DNA of 63,467 nucleotides, the filler included, from Diploschistes diacapsis (taxonomy: Eukaryota): assembly GCA_023645945.1 (NCBI GenBank). It is 33 parts of 33 records of this genome, joined end to end, with 100 filler letters (N's around TTAATTAATTAA, not from the genome) between each part and the next. Parts side by side here need not be neighbours in the genome. Positions count along the whole stretch, not along the records: positions 12,208 to 13,461 come from JALAIB010003479.1; positions 13,562 to 33,851 come from JALAIB010000348.1; 31 more parts are not named here. One strand, 5' to 3'. Shown piece after piece: positions 13,015 through 24,012 of this stretch. The position numbers and the translations under genes were made by a program. The notes under the pieces were generated by a model that did not search any database, was not told the origin of the DNA, and saw nothing but the letters and a program-made list of their open reading frames with translations. Position 1 is the stretch's first letter, and each line of letters begins with the position of its first letter.

Positions 13015-13984
13015 ATTGTTTAATTAATTCCTAGAACGTCTATTAGCTCCAGTAGCAAGGTCCTTATCTGCACTAGTCCCTTGTTCGGATCAGAGTCACT
13101 GCAAAGCTTAGTTTTTGTAGTACTTCCTTATCTGTAGTAACCAGAGCTTTTTCTATATTCTGTTTAGTCCCTTTCTATATTCTTTAATTAGGTTATAATT
13201 AAGATCTAATTTCATATATCGACCTCGTCCTTCGGTTCTTTTATAATTAATTAGAATTTAATTTAAAGTTATTAACTATCACTTAAGGTCTACGAAGATA
13301 CTTTAATTAAGATTTTTTGGATCTGTTTATATCTAAAAGAGACGAATATCGAATATAAATTACTTATTAGTTTAGAGCAAGCCCTGACCGAAGAGCAGCT
13401 TTCTAGACCACTTATTTCGATAAGAAGTCTCTATATCAGAATAATTAACCAAGAAATAGCGNNNNNNNNNNNNNNNNNNNNNNNNNNNNNNNNNNNNNNN
13501 NNNNNTTAATTAATTAANNNNNNNNNNNNNNNNNNNNNNNNNNNNNNNNNNNNNNNNNNNNGTTTTGGGGAGGTGATATAGGGAGGTAGATGATAAAGTA
13601 TCGGAGTGAAAGAGGGCGGTTGTTTGGGGTGGCCCGTGAATGTAAATTGTTGTTGTTGCTGGTGGGCGTTTTGGCAGGCGTTCCGAGTACATATTTTACA
13701 TCTGTTGGATAAAGACTAGGAACAGATTGATCACCTTGATATGTAGTCATGCCTTTTTGGGGAGCTATGAGGATGGAATTGCGAGGTTTGAAGGACCAGC
13801 ATATGCTCTATCTGCCAAGTATCTAGTTCTTACAGTATTCCAAAAAAAAGCGTTACAACCGCACTCAGCATAAGCGTGGTATGCCTCACGATATTTCGTA
13901 CAACCAAAACAATACAGCAGACCCGCAAGCCTCGCCTCCCTCCAACCCATAGTCTCGTATATCTCGTCGCAAGTCATACTCCCG

Positions 13985-16900
13985 TCACCACAGGTGCTCG
14001 GTCATTTGCGTAATCGCCAACCTCGTCCTCTCCCTCACGTCTTGCTCGGCATCATTTTCCAGCTCTTGCAACTTTTTCAGCACCCCCAGCTTTCGTAGCT
14101 CGTTCGCCCGGTTTTTTGAGTGTATTTTGTCCGCCTGGTCGCCCGTCCACGTCAGATTGATCACCGTCCAGACACAGCACACCCTCACGTTTGAATTACG
14201 GTGGTTGAACAGGGGAACCATAAGCCTCAGCAGTTCTGGCTTCGCGATCAGCAACTGCCGGTGCTTGGGGTGGCTACCGGCCAGGTGCACCAGGATGTAA
14301 CAGACGGCAGTAACGATCTCTGTGGGGGGCGGAACGAGCTTAGGGGGACCTCCGCCGGGGCGACGATTGTTGGAATATACGTCGACACTCTTAGGCTTGA
14401 GGAGGTTGGTGAGCATCTCGAACACCTTGTCCTGACCGAGGTTCTCGAAGAGAAATTCGACCATCTCATATGCGCCAGGCCCACAGATCAGGTTACGCAC
14501 CAATGCAAGGCCCTGTTCCTGAATCGCGAGATCGTCCTGCGCACTTTGGGCCGCCTGATCATTCACGTCGTTCATTTTTAAACACGGGTCGTGCTGTGGG
14601 GAGTAGTCGGTGGCCTGCACCGTAGCGAAACGACTGCCCCTGTGCCGTTCTGAACGACTCAGGGGACCCACACTGTCTACCATGTTCACTTCGTCGTCGT
14701 CATCGTCGTCTTGATTAAGGCTGGAATTGGCGGATCTGTCATCCATAGCGTTTAGCAAGTCAACCTGCTCACCCGCAGCATTAGAGGTTCCCAATATCGG
14801 CGTATTGCCGCGCTCCGCCGACCCGCGACGGGAATCAGTACCGCTTTCTTCTGTTCCATTGCAGATGATCTGCTTCAGCCATCCCACGCCAAGCTCCGTT
14901 ACGCATTCCTGCTTCAATTGGATCGAGGCTGATAGCACCAAGTGTTTGAGAGCCCACACGGCATTTAATCGAAGTTTGTGGTTGACCGAATGAGCATGCT
15001 GACACAGGACCTTGAGGACACCTTCCTCGATTATACCCTGCGGAGCAATTAACTATCGGTAAATGTTGCGTCGATCGACAATCATAGAAACTTACCTCTC
15101 GCATAGAACTAAACTCTAGGATTATATTGATGACGGCGGATGTAGCCGCAATCTTCACCTCAAGTTCGGGATGCTTCAACAACTCGTAGATCGGTTTTGC
15201 CAAGCCGGCATCGACCAGTATAGTCCTTAAAGAGCCGACTGATCTTGACAAAGCTCTCGCAGTAGTGCATGCTGCAATTAAAATGGAGGTTGGATTTGCC
15301 AGCCTTTGCTCGCTCTCTCTTGGTTCTTTGGTGTCTTCTTCGCTTCCGTCCGGCTGGTCATGGCGCTTCAAAGACGCTATGATGAACGGAACCACGCCGT
15401 TGTCGATAATCGCTTTCCTGTACTCGTCCTTGGTGGTTGACATCGCGGCAAGCGCAGTCAATGCAGCTTCACGCATTTGTAAAGTATGGTACACAACGGG
15501 TTGAAGCCCGCTCGGACCAAGTCTAGAGGAACCTGAAGGACCGGTATTCTCGCTGACCGCATTTGGCTCTTCAGGCTTCCACATTGGTGTTGTGCTAGAA
15601 GCCGGTATTGGATCGTATGACTGCTTTAGCATTTGTGAGAGCTTCTTTACGATGTCCGCATCTGCTGCAGCCCTTTGAAAGTCTTCGTTTTCAGCAATCA
15701 GAAGAGCTAGTATTCGCGGTGTCTTCTGTGCCATGGTCCGGGCGGCGATCTTCGCAGGGCTTGTATCGTGCAACATCTCTTCGTTATCTAATGGCTTGAC
15801 ATCTCTGTCAAGCATGCCCACGAGAATGGGAACCAGCAGCATGGAAAGACTCTTCTCTCGGCGTGTACTAATACAGTCGGCTCTATATAGTAAAGCGATT
15901 AGCCATATGGCCATGAGCCGTGTCATACCAGTCCTAATTCTAACGACCTCAAGAAGCCATGGAACCAAGGGTGTTTCGTCATCGTCCCTAGGCAAGCCTT
16001 CCATGGAAGTAGCTTCAGGTCCAAAGCCAGATCTGTACGAGCATTGCTGCTTTCCCCATGTTGCAAAGCTGCTCATTGGAGGATAGCTTGAGACTTTCCC
16101 GGTACCGTGGAGCGCTAATGGCGGCAAGATAGTCTCTAGAGAGGCATTGGAATGTTCCAGCTTGCCATTCTGCGCAGGCGGTACCCTCCAAGAATACGGG
16201 TCTTTGTCGATAGGAAAGATACTGGCGAAAGCGGCAGAACAGCAAAACCAGCTGGCTCGTATTTTAGAGTCTTGGATGATTGTGCACACGGCCTGCAGGA
16301 TAGTTTCCAAGCGAGCCTTCGGTCCTGCTGGTTGAATTCCTGTGTTTGCAATAGGCACGGATCCAGATATCGCACTGAAGGCTGGACTAACAATATGAGA
16401 TGCAAGTCGAGTGGCTAGCGCGTCAAGGATGCCACAAAAGCGAAGTTGCTTTCTACGGGACTCGGTATTGCATGTTTTGGAGATGAGAGATGCGGTGAGG
16501 GATATTTGCTCTTGAATGATGGGTCGGGCGGAAACTTGCTCTAGGATCTGACAGAGGCTCGACAGATGTTGGTCGGTGTATAGCACGCGCAAGAACGCAT
16601 CTTCATCATTGTGTATGCGTTGATCGCCAAGCGCGACAGCATCCGCAATAGCATTCAGAGACCACAAAGCTGCTAAGACAAGAGAAGGTGCGGATTCCGC
16701 CGGGCAGAGGATATCGAGTAATGAAGGATAGATCTGGCCGGCTCGTAGAGGAGAAAGAAACGAAGGACCGCCTAGAGTCTGTCTTTAGTAACAGCATTGC
16801 GCTCTTTAAGGACCTCCCATACCGTGTGCGAGACTTCCCACGATGATGATGGCTTGCCGTCGTGCTTCCTCCTCGTCGGGCCGCGACGCTGTTGACATAC

Positions 16901-17126
16901 CATTTACTGGACGGCTGACGTCTCTTTGCCTTCTCTTGGAGCTTAATCTATGGGTACTCAACACGCCCTCTAGGGAGTCTACCACTCCTGAGTTGATCCA
17001 CCACTCCTTCTTCTGTTCATGGCCAATTATCTCGTTCTTCAGACTTCGCAAGGCCTGGACCTGGTTGTGGGCGGATGACGGCTGTAACAACTCTGCAAGA
17101 ATGGGAGAGGTTGAGAGTCTGGCCAT
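13985..17126 (-). CDS. ARMC8: Armadillo repeat-containing protein 8 / Vid28 (Gid5)-like subunit of the GID/CTLH E3 complex, about 1010 aa
   Basis: Exons 17126-16823, 16771-15096 and 15037-13985 with GT-AG introns of 51 and 58 nt give 3033 nt in frame. Motifs LKNEIIGH, RALSRSV..LRT.LVD, LEFS.MRE, WALKHLV, IQEQGL..VRN and VWTVINLTW. Confidence 0.9.
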
Positions 17127-17824
17127 AACAGGGAAGGCTACAGCATGTGCGGTCGTCCTAACGGCAGTATGTTGACGATATATGATGCTCAGATATGCCG
17201 AGCAGAAAGGGCGCGAGAGAGCCGATTTATAATGGTAGCGGCATCTTGGCTTCTGGAACAGCAAAACCGCCGTACGAAGAATAGTTCACCTTCTTTCGGA
17301 AGCCTGAACTCAAGGTAAAGAGTGTAGATACCCACTGACATGAAATGTAAGTTCGGACTGGAGGGATACCTCGGGACTTTATTCTGGCATTATTTGTATC
17401 ATGTATCATTAGTTAAAATTAGAGGTGATTAAGACAGCTCGGGCCGAAGACCTCCCCGTCTGTTCTATCTTCGGTATAATTGCTATCAATCATATAGACA
17501 ACTGGAAGTCTATCTACGATAACTTTACATGGTTAAAGCATCAATGACAGTATGAGCGATAGCCAGCTCGTTAATCGTTCCAACATGATGTATCATTCAA
17601 ACGTGTTCTAATTGAGCTGTATAACCAGCTGTGTCCAGGAATGTTGCCCTGGAATAGGTAGAAATCAACTGGACGCTCAATCTCAACCCTCTCATATCAC
17701 TGAGAGACATCTCCTCCTCCGTCCATATAGGAGGACTCTGCCCGCTTGCATCAGCAACAAGAGTATTTTATTAACCCTAATACTCATCCACTATTTAGAG
17801 GGATAAGGCGGATTCTATCCACCT

Positions 17825-18559
17825 TCATCCCATCTCAGCCCCCGTCCTCTCCCTGAATAGTTCCTTTTCACCAGTATCCTCTTCCAGAGGCCTTTCCCTT
17901 GTTGTCAGATCCGCTCCCAGTACCTTCCCGTAATCCTCAAATCTCCTTTTCTCCGCAGTTTTCTTCCTCGCCTCCTCCCTTGCTGTGGCGCTGTTTCTTG
18001 TATATGAGTCCTTTATCGGCCTACTGCTCCCTCTCTCCAGCTCTATCTCTTTCGCGGCTTGCAGTTCCTCTTCAGTATACCCGCCACCGCGCTCGCTAAA
18101 ATTCGACCGTTCCTCAGCTCCAATGAACGATGCCGTGTCTCAAGGGGTTAAATCTGACCCCCTTCTATGGAATGGGCTCAACATCTCGATGCACAAGTCC
18201 TGGTGAGAGAAACGACGAGATGCCGCAGTCAGCTATGTCTAGACCAAGAGGGGAAGATGTAGCTACAGAGGTGGCGCTATTGACATAGCCAGAGGTTGGT
18301 TTGGATAAAGGTTCCTTGCCTTCCCCTTACCTTCGTCTGAAGAGCTGGTATCAAGATGAGAGCTGGAGGATCTCGGACGGCTGGAGATGGAGGATCCGAT
18401 CGAGAGGTCACCTGTGGTGGGATGCTTGAATAGTTTAGTGAGTTTTGTGGATGGGATTCAGCCTATTTGGAAAGACAAAGATGATAAAGACGATATGCTC
18501 ACTACACCTCCGCCCTGTCCGATTGCCTTGGGTTTAGGCTTCTCTTGGCCGCTCGGCAT
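17825..18559 (-). CDS. Possible small multi-exon orphan gene
   Basis: ATG at 18559 (MPSGQEKPKPKAIGQGG), donors GTGAGC and GTAAGG, and a charged ~95-codon ATG-less terminal frame ending at TGA 17825. The last acceptor is uncertain. Confidence 0.35.
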
Positions 18560-20693
18560 GACGACAAGATGTAAGAAACCAGTGGGAGAGCGGAATTATG
18601 AGATTGAGACGTAAAGCCTGAGAGAGAAAGTGGTGTTGAATGTGTGACTGCCTTGAGAGGAAACGAGACGGGGAAGACTCAAGGCCTCACTCGATCGAAA
18701 GAAACAAATGATAGCTGATCATGCTCTTCTCGACACCAGAAGAGCATGGGGAAAGCGACGAGCAAAAGGCTTAAATAGAGGTCAAAATTTCGAATGTGCT
18801 ATCCTGGTAGGTCAAGCTATACAGTCAGTTGTCTATTTTCGATTCGATTGGTTGAGTCGGAACGGTACCTTATTCGGTTAGATATCTACGATACACTATC
18901 TTACCCGGTGCCTCGACTCATTTGCGTGAAACGAGGTAAGACAGATCAAGAGAGAGGTGAGAAGGGTATCCATGCCACCAAGGTCGTGGTCATTGTAAGG
19001 ATAGGTAGGTCCCATCATCACACGGTGTCACCCACGATGTTTTGACAGGACCTTCGGTGATCAAGAGCTCCGCTCGCGGCTAGCTAAGTTGACAAGCACT
19101 GCGACTCCCATTTGATCCAGGGTTCAGCTTATCACGTTTCTTGAAGTCTGTCTTGCCCTTCAATTTCTTGATGGGCTACATGACCTTGCAATCATATTTC
19201 TTAGTCATCAATAGCGAAAGAAAACCACTGCACTTCTTTACTCACAAACATGCATACTCGTTACAACTCAGACGAAGGCGAAAATAGAGTAGTTCGAACT
19301 TACATTGTTCTCTGTTCTACGTCCTCGCTTTAAGAAACGTAGGGACCCTCCTATTCTTCCCTTTTAGCACACTTTTTGCCTTCCTTACACGCGCCGGCAC
19401 CTTCATGGCACTGTTGAGCGAGCTCTCCTTATATCTTAGCACATGATTCTTGTCTGTACCTTCTTTCAAGTAGTTAATTCTTGGCTCTTGAACTTTCATT
19501 ATAGCTTCAAGAGCTTGATCCTCAGGCTCTGTCTCTCAACAGCAACGTACAACCGCTGTTCTCGAGCCTCTGCGCCTTACTTGTAGTATCAATCGGGGTT
19601 CCCCATTGGCCTGGTATGCCGGCTTTGAAATTCTGTGGCTACCGGCACAATATCAAGGTGCTATCATTTGAATACGTCAATGATGCTAGCAAGACTCCGT
19701 GGCTGGCGCCATGCCGATCTGCAAAGTCTCGTGGTTGCAGCGCTGTTTTCGGTCTGAGCTGCTGAAGTTTGATCGAGGGACTATGATGCATGAATCAAAA
19801 AGGTTTGGTGATACGACCTCAGGAGCTGGCAGCGAAGCGAGGGAGCTCTGGAGTTTGATCCAATGCCTTGGAATTTGACGGTTCTATCTGTTTTATAAGA
19901 TAAGCCTTGTAGTTATTATGGCGACCTCAGCCATTTCATGGGAGACTTAAGAACAGCACAAACTTGATCAATGGGGATGTGATGTGCTGGTCGTAAAGTC
20001 TGCTGTTTGCGGCGCTTTTAGGAAAAGGGGGGATGAAGCCCTTCCAACATTATAATATATGAACGAAAGAAAAAGTTTGAGAGGAGTAATGCATTCTAAC
20101 GGTATGCTGGGTAAACCTACCTGTCGATAGAGAAAGATGCATTGTGGTTGCGCCCTGACGGTGAACCCATAAACATACCATTATACTGTTGAGATTATCT
20201 TTTCACAGAACCATGACCCCCCAGAATAGTTGTTGTAGCAGCCATGAGCAAAGAATTTCTCATGACGCTCAAGCGAATGAATTGCGGAGAGCAAATCATT
20301 GAAAGCTCATGCAGCTAGTTGGCAAAGACTTCTCCCATAGATATCAACACCACTAAATCGTCATCAGAGAGTAGAGGCTTTTCAGCACTCAATTACACTC
20401 GCTCGCGGGAACAACCATTGTTGAAGAACAATGGCTTTCATGAGTAACAGCGGCATTGTCTCTTTCAACAATGGTCCTTGTAATCCCTTTGTCACATTCT
20501 TATCGTCCATTCAGCCTATTGCCTGTCTTAGACGACAACAAATTTTATAAGTACTTGCTAGTTAAGGTGGTCTTCAATCATGACCCAGCATCTACTCTTT
20601 GCCATCCTCACCCATGCTAGAGATATTCTAGACACTCACCACAAGCTCCCTCAGAGACGCACTGCAAATCCACTTCTTCGAAACCAATATAGC

Positions 20694-20999
20694 ATGTGCC
20701 AGGTTTCACGCATGGTCTATACATGCTCCCACGCCGGCACCCGGATATGCTTGGCCTCTTGCGAGGCAAGTTTCAATTTTTCCAAAGCCCGCTGCAACGT
20801 ACGAAACGAAGAAGTGATGGAGTGGTTCGAGCGTAATGAGCGGTGCTCCCGATGCCGCTGGAGCAACAAGCCGCAAGGCACTCCGGAGATGGAGCAGAAA
20901 AACACTTTCAACCCGGATGTGCACACGCATAAGGACCACAAGGCGTTGAAGAGGAGGCTGAAGCAGAAATCAGAGGGATATGCTTGGAAGCGTAGGTAA
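20694..20999 (+). CDS. Small Cys/His-rich hypothetical protein, 101 aa
   Basis: MCQVSRMVYTCSH...C...C...C...CSRC pattern; TTTATAAG about 150 nt upstream; an alternative ATG at 20580. Confidence 0.55.
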   Translation: MCQVSRMVYTCSHAGTRICLASCEASFNFSKARCNVRNEEVMEWFERNERCSRCRWSNKPQGTPEMEQKNTFNPDVHTHKDHKALKRRLKQKSEGYAWKRR

Positions 21000-21295
21000 G
21001 CGTCCACTTTGACCAATTAATAAACAGGGTAGTTTGTTAGAGTAGATTGAAATCGATTTCATCGCAGATTCAAACCTTTGGAAATCGTCATCGGTCGGCA
21101 GTGTCCTCAACTGCTCCTTATTTGTAGAGCAAGCTCACAGGCGAGACATATGATATTCGTGATAAGATTTGGTGCAGCAAGAAGAGCTAATACAGCATAA
21201 AAAGATGAAGTGTGACATAAAGCGAGCAGAATCATGTCCTCTTCATGGCAAGCAGGGACTTAAGATTTTGAGCGTCAAGCACATCAGATCCAGAA

Positions 21296-23534
21296 TCACT
21301 GAGCCGCCCGTCTCCCATTGGTTGACATCAAGGTGATCTTCTTATTCTTTTTCTTCTTGCTAGAAGTTGGTGCCGGAGCCTGCTCTCTCAGAGATGCAGT
21401 TTGTACTTGAGAGATCAGGTGCTCTTCTTCCCGTAACAGGTCTTGCTCCCACCCTTGAAGCCACCCATCGCTCTCTTGCGCTTCAGGAGCAAACGTTGCT
21501 TGAAGTGGTGGAGACTCGCTTGTAGGCACAGCCGCCGTTCCCCATACTGTTTTGGGGCCGCTAGGACTAGTGGAAGGGGATGCAAGAGAAGCAAACCCCG
21601 TGCGCTTACGCGACCACGGCGGCGACGCGGCTGCTGTAAGATCGATAGGCAGGGATTCCTCGACAAGATTTGCAGGTCCAGCCTCGCCGTTGTTGTCCAG
21701 TTCGGGCTGGATACTTGGCCGACGACGCCTGATAGCAGCCCATTTTTTATCGTCTTCTTCCTTTTCAGCTCGAAGCCTTTCCTTCTCTTCTCTCGCCTCC
21801 TTGTCCTTATTTCTTTTCCGTCGCCGCTCTAGTTCGGTTGAAAAACTCTGAATGATGCTTGGGGGAACAATATCAGTCCAGTCGCATTCCAGAAACGCTA
21901 CTTCACATCCTCGAGGTAAATGTGCAAGGTATTTGGAGCGTTTCCGGAGGTCATCGTCAACAATGTGGCCAGTCGAGACTCTCTCTACGCGCGGGAGGAC
22001 CGCACTGGGAAATAACGAGTAGTCATCGAATGCGGTCTTTAAAATTCTGACATCCAGTGGGGCAAGGTAATAATGCAAGAGTGCCTGATAAAAGAAAAAT
22101 GTGGTGGTTGCGGGCGTCGAAGACACAGTGGCAGACCTCACAGGTCTCCTCAGAAGTGATTCCTCACGGAAGCTTACAGGTGATGTTGGTGTACCACGTG
22201 TGTTCCGATCTTCGTTCGGAGAGCTTGGGAAGGCAGGTGCATCCTTCTCTGTTGATCTTTGGCTAATTGTCCGTCCCGATTTCGTAGCTTGCGATATTCT
22301 GTAGAAATCTGGAAGATCATTCTCTTCGGTGAAAGTGATCGGGTCTCGAACAGGTCGCTTCTGCTCTGACTTGACAGAAACTTTCAATGGTGGGTTTCCA
22401 ATTCCTTCCAATCTTTCTTGAGCGTTGATAATCGCTGCAATAGCCTTCCGTGTCCATTGCGTCTCTTCGCCAAACATTAGCTCATCTTCCCTTTCTTGGA
22501 CTTTCAGATGGTTGATCTCTTCGTCAAATTGTGATCGCATGTAGTCCTCACTACCTTTCATTACGCGGGCATAGTCCATCACTTCGGCCGCAAAGTACCA
22601 AGGTAGTTCGATCTTGAGGTTCGAAAGCTCGGAGCACTCCCTGGGCAGAGCTAAAGGGCTATCTGCATCACGTTTCATGAGTCGCAGAACGACGTCGCTG
22701 CCTTCGCGTGGAGGCTCTCCCTCCTGGCCCACAAACCAACGTACAGGTCGGGCCTCGGACATGAAGATGCTATCCCAGCATATCGGACATTTTTTCCAAC
22801 GCGCCTTCTTCTCTGGCATCGGGGTTGCATCATCGGTTGAGTGCATATAGCGTATAAGACACGGTAGGCAGAATATGTGACCGCACTTTGCCATTCGCGG
22901 AGCTACCGGAGGAGAAAGGCAGATCGGACAGCTTGCAGCCTGCGATTGAGCCGAGGCAAGAATTTGCAATACATCTTTCCATTCTAAATGATCATCGACA
23001 GAATGAAGGCGACTATAGTCTCCCTTGGGGTGGATAATGAAGCGATAATTTGCGTGGATGTATCTGGCATGGTAAGAACCGACTATAATCATTGCGAATA
23101 TAGGCTATCTACCTTGCTTTGTCCACTGCATTGTAACCCCAGTTATATGACCTGCGTCCTCCAGAGGACCGGTTGTCGTGGATGTGGGTAAATTGATTTG
23201 TTGGTCTGGGCGGTAAAGAAAAGTTCATCAAGTGCGTGATCGAGGTCTGGCCCTTTCGACTGCTCGTCGATCTAATTGCAGCTGCTTCTGACATGTCTTC
23301 ATAGCCAAGCTTAGGACGCCTGGAGTCCTTATTCTGCTTTCGACGCGACTGGTTGTTTCTAGGACTGGATATGGCTGCTCTGGAGGAGGCCGCTGCTCCA
23401 AAACTAGAGCCGCTCCGGCGCTGACGATCAGCACTTGGGAACGTCGAGGTAGCCTGCGATTGCGAGGGTGAAGGAAGCTGCGTAAAGATGCTCGTGCCTT
23501 TGGACAATGGCATAGAAGGGGCATTAGATAACAT
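21296..23534 (-). CDS. MAG2: RING-finger E3 ubiquitin ligase, Mag2/RNF10 homologue, about 729 aa
   Basis: Exons 23534-23113 and 23063-21296 with a 49-nt intron. C3HC4 RING CPICL.PPVAPRMAKCGHIFCLPC...WKKCPIC, ITHLMNF, YIHANYRF, FYQA, RKRSKYLAHLP.GCEV.FLECD and a C-terminal KKKKNKKITLMST tail. Confidence 0.92.
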
Positions 23535-24012
23535 TGTGGTGGGGTTAGGCCGGAAAGTAGGAACTGGGCGAGCAGGAGCTCCCAAAACTTCGCGTACCTT
23601 AAACACGAGAGTTCTGGAGGTGGACTCAGGATATTCAATACTGCTCCGAAAACCAATATATAGAAGTCTGAAAGAATATACACCTGAGGGTGAGCCGTCA
23701 TTCGAGCTGAAGCGATATAGATGCGAGTCATCCATCACGATAGAGGTTGCTTACTAAGTGAGCAGCGCTTGGACCAACCGGGAAATAAGTGAGTTCAAAA
23801 TTCCGACTTCAGACTTTCTCGCGCTGCCCATTGCTGGCTCAAGCCTAATACCTCAGCTCCTCAATCAGAGGAGCCAACAAGCAATTCCGATCTAGACCAA
23901 TCTTCTACAACCACTCTGTTAATACTGAGATAATCCTGCTTCCTCGTCTATAACCCTACAGATGCAGTTCGCCTTCTGAGGAGGTCCTTGGCCCTCCTCC
24001 GGCGCTGCGACA
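23535..24012. promoter_or_regulatory. Compact divergent intergenic region, a probable bidirectional promoter
   Basis: Only 478 bp separate the opposing start codons of MAG2 and UBP3, so it must hold both promoters and both leaders. Confidence 0.7.

Noticed and set aside
19317..19940. Possible additional minus-strand gene
   Set aside because: Only short frames are present, with no consistent splice model or motif.
23535..23738. 68-aa in-frame N-terminal extension of MAG2
   Set aside because: It would take up nearly half of the divergent spacer and looks non-coding, while ATG 23534 has a good ACCACAATG context. It is not formally excluded.
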